From NCBI GenBank assembly GCA_035433545.1, contig DAORVC010000004.1, positions 1-61,437 on the forward strand: 61,437 nucleotides of DNA. The letters are read 5' to 3'. This document shows, in pieces, positions 46,598 through 54,732 of this stretch. Made by a program: the position numbers and the translations under genes. The first letter of the stretch is position 1, and each line of letters opens with the position of its first letter. The DNA is from Actinotalea sp. (GTDB lineage: Bacteria > Actinomycetota > Actinomycetes > Actinomycetales > Cellulomonadaceae). The notes below the pieces were generated by a model that did no database searches, had not been told where the DNA came from, and saw only the letters and a list, made by a program, of their open reading frames with translations.

Positions 46598-47446
46598 TCA
46601 CGGGGCGACGATGGGGCCGTAGGCCTCCGGGCGGCGGTCGCGGAAGAACTGCCATCGCTCGCGGACCTCGCGGATCGCGCCCAGGTCGACGTCGCGCAGG
46701 ATGTAGCCCGCCTCGGTCGAGCTCGCCACCTCCCCCACGACGTTGCCGTCCGGACCGACGACGTACGAGGAGCCGTAGAACGCGACCGCATCGTCGCCGT
46801 ACTCGTTGGTCTCGGCGCCCACCCGGTTGTTCGCCGCGACGAAGTACCCGTTGGCGATGGCCGCGGCGGGCTGCTCGATCTCCCAGAGCCGGTTGGAGAT
46901 GCCCGGCGCCGTCGCGTTGGGGTTGAAGACGATCTCCGCGCCGGCCAGGCCGAGGACGCGCCACCCCTCGGGGAAGTGCCGGTCGTAGCAGATGTTGACG
47001 CCGATGGTGCCGACGGCCGTCTCGAAGACCGGGTAGCCGAGGTTGCCCGGGCGGAAGTAGAACTTCTCCCAGAACTTCGGCAGGTGCGGGATGTGGTGCT
47101 TGCGGTACTTGCCGAGGTAGGAGCCGTCGGCGTCGACGACCGCAGCGGTGTTGTAGAGCACCCCCGGCTGGTCCTCCTCGTAGACCGGCAGCACCATGAC
47201 CATGCCCAGCTCCTTGGCGAGCGCGGCGAACCGGTCGACCGTCGGCCCGGGCACCGACTCGGCGTAGGCGTAGTAGGCGGGGTCCTGGGTGATCCCGAAG
47301 TACGGCCCGTAGAAGAGCTCCTGGAACGCGATGACCTGGGCACCCTCGGCCGCCGCCGCGCGCGCGTACCCCTCGTGGCGGACGATCATCGACTCCTTGT
47401 CGCCCGTCCACGGGGTCTGGGTCAGGGCCACGCGAACGACGCTCAT
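46598..47446 (-). CDS. Nitrilase-superfamily beta-ureidopropionase (N-carbamoyl-beta-alanine amidohydrolase)
   Basis: QELF, YRKHHIP, FWEKFYF, ICYDRHFPE (Glu-Lys-Cys triad), ANNRVG, FYGSS. Confidence 0.88.
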   Translation of the reverse strand: MSVVRVALTQTPWTGDKESMIVRHEGYARAAAAEGAQVIAFQELFYGPYFGITQDPAYYAYAESVPGPTVDRFAALAKELGMVMVLPVYEEDQPGVLYNTAAVVDADGSYLGKYRKHHIPHLPKFWEKFYFRPGNLGYPVFETAVGTIGVNICYDRHFPEGWRVLGLAGAEIVFNPNATAPGISNRLWEIEQPAAAIANGYFVAANNRVGAETNEYGDDAVAFYGSSYVVGPDGNVVGEVASSTEAGYILRDVDLGAIREVRERWQFFRDRRPEAYGPIVAP

Positions 47447-47539
47447 GGATTCCTCCGGCTCGGGGTGCGTCGCGGGGGGCCAGGGCCGCGGTGAGCGGCC
47501 GGGGCCGCCTCGCCATGTTTGTTATCCTGACGCCTAAAC

Positions 47540-47587
47540 ATTTCTCCGGGGTTTCCCTGGGGCCGGCCGCCGTTTCCCGGGCGTAAA
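47540..47587 (-). promoter_or_regulatory. Putative GlnR boxes upstream of the pyrimidine operon
   Basis: Minus strand: TTTAC-n6-GAAAC (47587-47572) and GAAAC-n6-GAAAT (47555-47540) in a locally AT-rich patch. Confidence 0.65.
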
Positions 47588-47673
47588 CACTGGGACACGG
47601 ACCGTGACCTCGACGGCGTCCGCACCTGCGCGCCGGGGCCCGGAGCGCGTCGCCGGTGACGAGGAGGTGGGCC

Positions 47674-49017
47674 GTGCCGCAGGTGCTCCGCGTCGTGGCC
47701 GACGCGGTCGAGGACCGCAGCCCCCGTGGCATCGCCGCGGCGATCTCCCGCCTGGTGCTCGACGGCGCCCTGCCCGCCGGCACCCGTCTGCCCACCGTCC
47801 GCGAGCTGGGTGCCGCGCTGGGGGTGAGCCCCGCCACCGTGAGCCACGCGTTCCGCGCCCTGGCCGGGGTGGGGCTCGTCGCGTCGCGCGGCCGGGCCGG
47901 GACCCGCGTGCTGGGCACGGGCACGACGTGGCTGCCGCCGCGCTACCGCGACCTCGCCGGCCCGCACGGCGGCTTCCGCCTCGACCTCTCCACCGGCACC
48001 CCCGACCCGCTGCTGCTGCCCGACCTCGCACCCGTGCTCGCCGGGCTCGGCTCGCGCGCCCTGACCACGAGCTACCTCGACACCCCCGTGCTGCCGGGTC
48101 TCGAGCAGCACCTGCGCTCGTCGTGGCCCTACCCGGTCGAGGCGGTGACCGTCGTCGACGGCGCGTTCGATGCGATGGCACGCTCGCTCGAGCTGCTCGT
48201 GCGGTTCGGCGACCGCGTGGTCGTCGAGAACCCGTGCTTCCCGCCCCTGCTCGACCTGCTCGACCAGCTCGGCGCCGAGCGCGTCCCGGTGCCGACGGAC
48301 GAGGCAGGTCTGGTGCCTGCGGGCTTCGCGGCGGCCCTGGCCACCGCACCGGCGGCCGTGGTGCTCCAGCCCCGCGCGCACAACCCGACCGGGGTCTCGC
48401 TGACGCCCGGCCGTGCCGCCGAGCTCGCCGGCGCGCTGCGCGGTCACCGGGATGCCGAGCGCACCGTCGTCGTCGAGGACGACCACTCCGGCGCGGTCTC
48501 GACCGCCGCCGACGTGAGCCTCGGCACCCACGTGCCCGAGCGTGTGCTCCATGTGCGCTCGTTCTCGAAGTCGCACGGGCCGGACCTGCGGATCGCCGCG
48601 CTCGGGGGCCCGGCGGCGCTCGTCGACCGGATCGTCGCGCGGCGCATGCTCGGGCCGGGCTGGACCAGCCGGATGCTCCAGCAGGTGCTGCTCGAGCTGC
48701 TCACCGGGAACGACGGGATCCTGGCCGTGACCGAGGCACGCCGGGCCTACCACGCGCGGCAGCGCGAGATGGTCAGGGCACTGCACGCCCACGGCGCGGC
48801 GGCGTCACCCGGTGACGGCGTGAACCTGTGGTTGCCGGTCGCCTCCGAGAGCGAGGCGATCGTCCACCTCGCCGCGGCCGGGGTGAGGGTCGCACCCGGG
48901 AGGCCGTTCGGCTCCGGGCCCGCCGACGGTCCGGAGCACGTGCGGGTGACGGTCGGGCTGGTGCGCGGCGACGTCGACGCCCTGGGTCGTCTGCTCGCCG
49001 CTGCCGCGGCCGCCTGA
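47674..49017 (+). CDS. MocR/GabR family regulator (GntR HTH plus PLP aminotransferase-like domain)
   Basis: LPTVRELGAALGVSPATV HTH, HNPTG, EDD, SFSKS (PLP Lys). AGGAGG RBS before GTG 47674. Confidence 0.9.
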   Translation: MPQVLRVVADAVEDRSPRGIAAAISRLVLDGALPAGTRLPTVRELGAALGVSPATVSHAFRALAGVGLVASRGRAGTRVLGTGTTWLPPRYRDLAGPHGGFRLDLSTGTPDPLLLPDLAPVLAGLGSRALTTSYLDTPVLPGLEQHLRSSWPYPVEAVTVVDGAFDAMARSLELLVRFGDRVVVENPCFPPLLDLLDQLGAERVPVPTDEAGLVPAGFAAALATAPAAVVLQPRAHNPTGVSLTPGRAAELAGALRGHRDAERTVVVEDDHSGAVSTAADVSLGTHVPERVLHVRSFSKSHGPDLRIAALGGPAALVDRIVARRMLGPGWTSRMLQQVLLELLTGNDGILAVTEARRAYHARQREMVRALHAHGAAASPGDGVNLWLPVASESEAIVHLAAAGVRVAPGRPFGSGPADGPEHVRVTVGLVRGDVDALGRLLAAAAAA

Positions 49018-49045
49018 GGCCGTCACCACGGGCCCGGGCCGGGCT

Positions 49046-49164
49046 TAGGCTGGGCTGCGAGGACCCCGGGCACGCGCTGGCCCGGTCGCTCGGCCCGGAT
49101 CTGGGCCGTGGTCCCCGGTCGACAGCTGGCGACCACACCTCCCCCGTGATCCCAGGAGACCTCC
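49046..49164 (+). promoter_or_regulatory. Promoter (-10 TAGGCT at 49046-49051) and structured ~107-nt leader of the deazaflavin-uptake operon
   Basis: Three consecutive hairpins and a pyrimidine tract complementary to the AGGAG RBS. Function inferred. Confidence 0.45.
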
Positions 49165-50193
49165 GTGCGCACTCGCCCCCTCGTCCGTCCCGGCCCTGCC
49201 CTGGTGGCCGCCGCCGCGGGGTGCGCGCTCCTCGCCGGGTGCGCCTCGGCGACCGGCACCTCGACGTCGGCCGCCCCGAGCCGCCCCCCGGCCGGCGACA
49301 CCGCGGCCACCGAGGCCTACCCGCTGACGCTCGACAACTGCGGCGTCGAGGTCACCCTCACCGGGGCCCCCGAGCGCATCGTGGCGATCAAGTCCAGTGC
49401 CATCGAGATGCTGCTCGCGCTGGGCGTCGGCGACCGCATCGTCGGCACCGGCTTCCCCGACGGCCCGCCGCCGGCCGAGCTCGCGGACGCCGCCGCAGAG
49501 CTCCCCCAGCTCTCGGACAAGGTCCCGGCCGCCGAGGTGGTGCTCGCGGCAGAGCCCGACCTCGTCGTGGCGGGCTGGGAGTCCAACCTCACCGCCGAGG
49601 GCGCCGGGGACCGCGCCACCTTCGCCGACCTCGGCGTGGCCACCTACGTCGCGCCGTCGGCGTGCAAGGACCCGGCCTACCAGCCCGACCGGCTGACGTT
49701 CGAGGAGGTCTTCGCCGAGATCACGCAGATGGGCGACGTGCTGGGGGTGCCGGACGCCGCTGCCGACCTCGTCGAGGCCCAGCGGGCCGACCTCGCCGCG
49801 CTGGAGCCGGACGGGCGGGGCCTCACCGCGCTGTGGTACTCCTCGGGCGACGACATCCCCTACGTCGGGGCCGGCATCGGCGCACCGCAGATGATCCTCG
49901 ACGCCGTGGGCGTGACGAACATCGCCGCCGGTCTCGCCGACACCTGGAGCCCGTTCAGCTGGGAGCAGGTGGCGCAGGACGACCCGGACCTCATCGTCCT
50001 GGTCGACGCCGCCTGGAACAGCGCGGAGCAGAAGCGCGAGCGGCTGGCGGCGAACCCCGCGACGGCCCACCTCACCGCTGTGCTCGAGGGGCGCTACCTC
50101 GTGGTGCCGTTCGCGGCGACGGAGGCGGGCGTGCGCAACGTCGAGGCGGCCGTCGACCTCGCCGGGCAGGTCGCGGCGCTCGACCTCGGATGA
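49165..50193 (+). CDS. Putative F420-0/FO ABC transporter substrate-binding lipoprotein (TIGR03868-like)
   Basis: Lipobox LAGC, YPLTLDNCG, GWESN, YVAPSAC, PYVGAGIGAP, PFAATEAGVR. Fe-siderophore/B12-type SBP in an operon with cofD. Confidence 0.8.
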   Translation: MRTRPLVRPGPALVAAAAGCALLAGCASATGTSTSAAPSRPPAGDTAATEAYPLTLDNCGVEVTLTGAPERIVAIKSSAIEMLLALGVGDRIVGTGFPDGPPPAELADAAAELPQLSDKVPAAEVVLAAEPDLVVAGWESNLTAEGAGDRATFADLGVATYVAPSACKDPAYQPDRLTFEEVFAEITQMGDVLGVPDAAADLVEAQRADLAALEPDGRGLTALWYSSGDDIPYVGAGIGAPQMILDAVGVTNIAAGLADTWSPFSWEQVAQDDPDLIVLVDAAWNSAEQKRERLAANPATAHLTAVLEGRYLVVPFAATEAGVRNVEAAVDLAGQVAALDLG

Positions 50194-51314
50194 CCGGCAG
50201 CCAGCCGACCGGGACACCCGACGCCGGTACGCCAGGTCGAGGCCCCCTCCGCACCGGCCGCCTCCGCACCGGCCCCCTCCGCACCGGGCCCGCCGTCGTC
50301 GGCGCCGCGGTGCTGCTGCTCGCCTCCGTGACGGCCGCGGTGACGGTCGGTCCGGCCGGGATCGCACCGGCGGACGTCTGGGGCTCGATCGGCCACCACC
50401 TCGCCGCGCTGCTCGCGCCCGGTGGGGCCGGGGCCGAGCCGCCCCTCGGCCCGCTGCTCGACGGCGTCGTGTGGGACCTGCGCCTGCCGCGCGTGCTCAC
50501 GGCCGGGGCCGTCGGCGCGGGGCTCGCGGTCGCCGGCACGGTCATGCAGTCGCTGACGCGCAACCCGCTCGCGGACCCGTACCTGCTCGGGCTCTCCTCT
50601 GGCGCGTCGCTCGGCGCGGTCGCCGTGCTCGTGCTGGGCGCCGGCGTGCTGCTGCCGGTCGCGGCGTTCGCCGGGGCGCTGGCGGCGCTCGCTGCCGCGC
50701 TGGGGCTCGCCGGGTCGCTCGGCACACTGACGCCCGCGCGCACCGTGCTCGCGGGGCTGGCGGTGGCCCAGCTCGCCGCAGCGGGGACCTCCTTCATCAT
50801 CTTCTGGTCGGCGACCGGGGACTCCTACCGCGAGATCCTCGCGTGGCTCATGGGCTCGCTCGCCGGGGCGGACTGGCCGGCCGTCGCCATCGCCGGCGGC
50901 GCGGTGCTCGTGCTCGGCGTCGGGCTGACCGCCAGCGCGCGCACGCTCGACGCGTTCACCTTCGGGGACACCGCTGCCGCGGCGCTGGGCGTGGACGTGG
51001 CGCGCACGCGATGGCTGCTGCTCACGGTGGTCGCGCTGCTCACCGGCGCGCTGGTCGCGGTGAGCGGGTCGATCGGGTTCGTCGGGCTCATCGTGCCGCA
51101 CGCCGTGCGCCTCGTGGCGGGCGGCGCCCACCGCCGGCTGCTGCCGCTCGTCGCGCTCGTCGGCGCGACGTTCCTCGTCTGGGCGGACACCGCGGCGCGC
51201 ACGCTCTTCGAGCCGCGCGAGCTGCCCGTCGGCATCGTCACGGCGTTCCTCGGTGCGCCCGTCTTCGCGGCGATCCTCTGGCGGCGGCGCAGCGCGAGCG
51301 AGGACCTCGCATGA
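50190..51314 (+). CDS. Putative F420-0/FO ABC transporter permease (FecCD family)
   Basis: LRLPRV, RNPLADPYLLGLSSGA, SGSIGFVGLIVPH, ELPVG. Confidence 0.85.
   Translation: MTGSQPTGTPDAGTPGRGPLRTGRLRTGPLRTGPAVVGAAVLLLASVTAAVTVGPAGIAPADVWGSIGHHLAALLAPGGAGAEPPLGPLLDGVVWDLRLPRVLTAGAVGAGLAVAGTVMQSLTRNPLADPYLLGLSSGASLGAVAVLVLGAGVLLPVAAFAGALAALAAALGLAGSLGTLTPARTVLAGLAVAQLAAAGTSFIIFWSATGDSYREILAWLMGSLAGADWPAVAIAGGAVLVLGVGLTASARTLDAFTFGDTAAAALGVDVARTRWLLLTVVALLTGALVAVSGSIGFVGLIVPHAVRLVAGGAHRRLLPLVALVGATFLVWADTAARTLFEPRELPVGIVTAFLGAPVFAAILWRRRSASEDLA
50241..50285 (+). repeat. 15-bp tandem repeat x3 (GPLRT/GRLRT/GPLRT)
   Basis: GGCCCCCTCCGCACC, GGCCGCCTCCGCACC, GGCCCCCTCCGCACC, in frame in the permease N-terminus. 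Confidence 0.85.
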
Positions 51315-51333
51315 GCCCGGACGGCGGTCGACC

Positions 51334-52176
51334 GTGACCCTGGACCTCGACCACCTGACGTGGTCCGTCGACGGCCAACGCATCCTCGACGCCGTGGACG
51401 TCGCGGCGCCCGCCGGTGCGCTCACGGGGCTGCTGGGTCCCAACGGCGCGGGCAAGTCCACCCTGCTGCGGCTGGTCAGCGGGGTGCTCGCACCCGGCGC
51501 CGGCCGCGTGACCCTGGGCGGGCAGGACCTGCTGGCGCTCCCCCGGCGGGCGCGGGCCCGCCGCGTCGCCCTCGTCGAGCAGGAGTCGACCGTGCCGGCG
51601 TCCGTGACGGTGCGCGAGGCCGTGCTGCTGGGTCGCACCCCGCACGCCTCACACTGGGGCGGGCTCACCGCGCGCGACCACGCGGTGGCCGACGCCGCCC
51701 TGGCCGAGGTCGATGCCACCGCACTGGCGCACCGGCTGCTCGTCACCCTGTCGGGCGGCGAGCGTCAGCGCGTGCACCTGGCCCGCGCGCTGGCCCAGGA
51801 GCCGGCGCTCCTGCTGCTCGACGAGCCGACCAACCACCTGGACGTGCACGCCCAGCTCGACACCCTCGCCGTCGTGCGCCGGCTGACCGCGCGCGGGGTG
51901 ACGGTGCTCGCGGCGCTGCACGACCTCAACCTCGCCGCGACGGCGTGCGACCACCTCGTGCTGCTCGACGCCGGGCGCGTGGTCGCGGCAGGGTCGGTGC
52001 ACGACGTGCTGCGGCCGGAGGTGCTCGAACCCGTCTACCGGGTGCGGTGCACCGTGCTGCTCCACCCGCGGACGGGGCGCCCCGTGCTGACCTTCGATCC
52101 CGCGGACGGGCCGCCACCCGGCGGCACCGCCGACGTCACCCCTGACGTCCCCGACACCCGGAGGCCCCCACCATGA
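51334..52176 (+). CDS. Putative F420-0/FO ABC transporter ATP-binding protein
   Basis: GPNGAGKST, LSGGERQR, DEPTNHLD, LHDLNLA. ATGA overlap with cofD. Confidence 0.88.
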   Translation: MTLDLDHLTWSVDGQRILDAVDVAAPAGALTGLLGPNGAGKSTLLRLVSGVLAPGAGRVTLGGQDLLALPRRARARRVALVEQESTVPASVTVREAVLLGRTPHASHWGGLTARDHAVADAALAEVDATALAHRLLVTLSGGERQRVHLARALAQEPALLLLDEPTNHLDVHAQLDTLAVVRRLTARGVTVLAALHDLNLAATACDHLVLLDAGRVVAAGSVHDVLRPEVLEPVYRVRCTVLLHPRTGRPVLTFDPADGPPPGGTADVTPDVPDTRRPPP

Positions 52177-53165
52177 CCCAGCGCATCGTCCTGCTCGCCG
52201 GCGGCGTCGGCGGGGCGCAGTTCACCCTCGGACTGCGCGAGCACCTCGCCGCGACCGGGGTCGACGCCGAGGTCACCGTCGTGGTCAACACCGGCGACGA
52301 CCTGTGGCTCGACGGCCTGCGGGTCTGCCCCGACCTGGACACGGTGATGTACACGCTCGGCGGGGTGATCGGCGAGCAGGGCTGGGGCCGCGCGGGCGAG
52401 AGCACCCGGGTCGCCGCGGAGCTGCACGCCTACGGGCTCGGCTGGGACTGGTTCACGCTCGGCGACCTCGACCTGGGGACGCACGTGGCGCGCACCGAGC
52501 TGCTGCGCCAGGGGCGCACGCTCACCCAGGTCACCGCGCGGCTGTGCGAGCGCTGGGCACCCGGCGTGCGCCTGCTGCCGATGTCCGACCAGCCCGTCGA
52601 GACGCACGTGGAGGTCGAGCTCGACGGGCGGGTGCGACTCCTCCACTTCGAGGAGTGGTGGGTGCGGCTGCGGGCGGCCGTCCCGGCGCGACGGTTCGTC
52701 CAGGTGGGCCTCGGGGACGCCGCGCCCGCGCCCGAGGTGCTGGCAGCGCTCGCGCACGCCGACGTCGTGCTGCTGCCGCCCTCCAACCCCGTCGTCTCGA
52801 TCGGGACGATCCTGGGCCTGGCGCCGCTCCGCGACGCCCTGCTGGCGACACCGGCCCCCGTCGTCGGGGTGTCCCCGATCATCGGCGGGGCGCCCGTGCG
52901 CGGGATGGCCGACGCGTGCCTCGCGGCGATCGGCGTGCCGACGACGGCGGAGGCCGTCGCCCTGCACTACGGCGCGCGGTCCGCCGGCGGGCTGCTCGAC
53001 GGCTGGCTGGTCGACACCGCCGACGCGGACGCGCTGCCCGGGCTGACCGCGGCGGGGATCGCGGCGCGTGCGCTGCCCCTGCTCATGACCGACGAGGCGT
53101 CGACGTCTGCCATCGTCGCGGCGGCGCTCGACCTCGCGTCCGCGCGGGCCCGTGCGGCTCAGTAG
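52173..53165 (+). CDS. cofD: 2-phospho-L-lactate/PEP transferase (F420 biosynthesis), CofD/FbiA
   Basis: LAGGVGGA, VNTGDD, CPDLDTVMYTL, WFTLGDLD, HFEEWWV, PSNPVVSI, GMAD. Confidence 0.94.
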   Translation: MTQRIVLLAGGVGGAQFTLGLREHLAATGVDAEVTVVVNTGDDLWLDGLRVCPDLDTVMYTLGGVIGEQGWGRAGESTRVAAELHAYGLGWDWFTLGDLDLGTHVARTELLRQGRTLTQVTARLCERWAPGVRLLPMSDQPVETHVEVELDGRVRLLHFEEWWVRLRAAVPARRFVQVGLGDAAPAPEVLAALAHADVVLLPPSNPVVSIGTILGLAPLRDALLATPAPVVGVSPIIGGAPVRGMADACLAAIGVPTTAEAVALHYGARSAGGLLDGWLVDTADADALPGLTAAGIAARALPLLMTDEASTSAIVAAALDLASARARAAQ

Positions 53166-53198
53166 GGTCGTCACCGACCCCGAGGCAGGAGGACCACC

Positions 53199-54005
53199 GT
53201 GCTGGCGCTGACGACCGCCCTGCGCTCCGTCACGGGCGCGTACCGGCGCGGCAACCAGGACGCGGTGGGCTGCTCCGACGACTACGCGTTCGTCGCAGAC
53301 GGCGTGGGCGGCAACGCGGGCGGCGACGTCGCGTCGTGGACGGTGACGCACCGTGCGATGTCGAGCCTCGCCACGCTGCGCCGACCCCTGGGCGAGGCCC
53401 GGCTGCGCGCCGTGCTGGCCGACGCCAACGCGGAGCTCGGGCTGCGGGTGGGCCGGGAGCCGGCGCTGACGGGGATGGCGACCACCTTCACGGGCCTGTT
53501 CTGCGGCACCCGCTCGGTCCGGGTGGCCCACATCGGCGACTCGCGCGCGCACCTGCTCCGCGGCGGGCGGCTGCGCCGCGTCACCGACGACCACTCGCTG
53601 GTCCAGATGCTCGTCGACTCCGGCCACCTCACCGCCGAGCAGGCCGCCCACCACCCGCAGCGCAACATCATCACGCGCTCGCTGTCCGGCCGGCCGGTGG
53701 ACGCCGGCGGCATCGAGGTGCGCACCGTGCGCGCGGCCCCGGGCGACCGGTGGCTGCTGGCGAGCGACGGCCTGACGGACTACGTGCCCCACCGCGACGT
53801 CGCGGAGCTGGTCGCGCGCGGCGGGCCGGAGGAGGCAGCAGACGCGCTCGTCTCCCGTGCGCTCGAGCTCGACGCACGCGACAACGTCAGCGTCCTGGTG
53901 TGCGACGTGGTCGAGGTGGGCGGTGGGCCCAGGCCACGGCCGTACCGCTGCGGCGGGTCCGCGGCCGCACCGGAGCTCGGCACGGTCATCGACCTGTCGC
54001 GCTGA
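53199..54005 (+). CDS. PP2C-family Ser/Thr phosphatase
   Basis: RRGNQD, VADGVGG, HIGDSR, DHSLV, RNIITRSL, SDGL, DNVS. Confidence 0.92.
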   Translation: MLALTTALRSVTGAYRRGNQDAVGCSDDYAFVADGVGGNAGGDVASWTVTHRAMSSLATLRRPLGEARLRAVLADANAELGLRVGREPALTGMATTFTGLFCGTRSVRVAHIGDSRAHLLRGGRLRRVTDDHSLVQMLVDSGHLTAEQAAHHPQRNIITRSLSGRPVDAGGIEVRTVRAAPGDRWLLASDGLTDYVPHRDVAELVARGGPEEAADALVSRALELDARDNVSVLVCDVVEVGGGPRPRPYRCGGSAAAPELGTVIDLSR

Positions 54006-54072
54006 GTCGCGCGCGGCCCCGACCCGCCGGGTTCGGCCGGGTTCGACGACGTCCGGCGCGACTCGGCAGCGG

Positions 54073-54732
54073 TCAGCGCCGGTCGAGGCGGCAGTAGACC
54101 GGCTCGCGGCGCAGCAGCGCTGCCGTCGCCCGGCCCACGCCGAGCCGCGCCGCCGCCCGCAGGTCGGCGGCCGTGTCGACGTCGCGCCGCAGCCCGGGCG
54201 GCACGTCGGGCAGTGCCGTGTGCCCGGCCGCCACGTGCGCGGCGAACGAGCCGGGGCCGAAGCGCGGCACCATCTCCCCCGTCAGCGCGGTGAGCAGCGT
54301 GGTGCCCGTGCCGTCTGCGTCGGGCACCACGGCGCGCGCGTGCCCAGCTGCCAGGACGAGGGCTGCGTCGAGGTCCGGGCCGACGAGGGCAGGCAGGTCG
54401 CCCAGCAGGAGGGCGATCGGCCCTGGTGCGGCGTCGGCGCGCGCCGCGGTGAGCGCCGCCGCGACGCCGGCGGCGAGCGCGGCGTTGAGGCCGCCCCCGG
54501 GATCGGCGAGCAGGCGCACGCCCGGGCGGGCCCCGAGCGCTTCGGCGACGCGCGGCTCACCCGTCACCACCACGACGAGGTCGACCTCGCGCGCCGCGAG
54601 GGCCGCGTGCACCGTGTCGAGCGCGAGCGCGAGCGCGAGGTCGGCGCGCGCGGGATCCGTGGCGGCCAGGTCGAGCCGCGTCTTGGCGTCCGCGAGCCGC
54701 TTGACGGGCACGACGACGGTCCAGCCGGTCAC
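54073..54732 (-). CDS. cofC: 2-phospho-L-lactate/PEP guanylyltransferase CofC/FbiD
   Basis: [46 protein letters not shown]. Confidence 0.93.
   Translation of the reverse strand: MTGWTVVVPVKRLADAKTRLDLAATDPARADLALALALDTVHAALAAREVDLVVVVTGEPRVAEALGARPGVRLLADPGGGLNAALAAGVAAALTAARADAAPGPIALLLGDLPALVGPDLDAALVLAAGHARAVVPDADGTGTTLLTALTGEMVPRFGPGSFAAHVAAGHTALPDVPPGLRRDVDTAADLRAAARLGVGRATAALLRREPVYCRLDRR

Noticed and set aside
49165-52176. ABC cassette as an ordinary iron-siderophore or cobalamin importer
   Set aside because: No DtxR/IdeR-like box or cobalamin riboswitch recognised upstream, and the cassette is translationally coupled to cofD. The substrate remains unproven.
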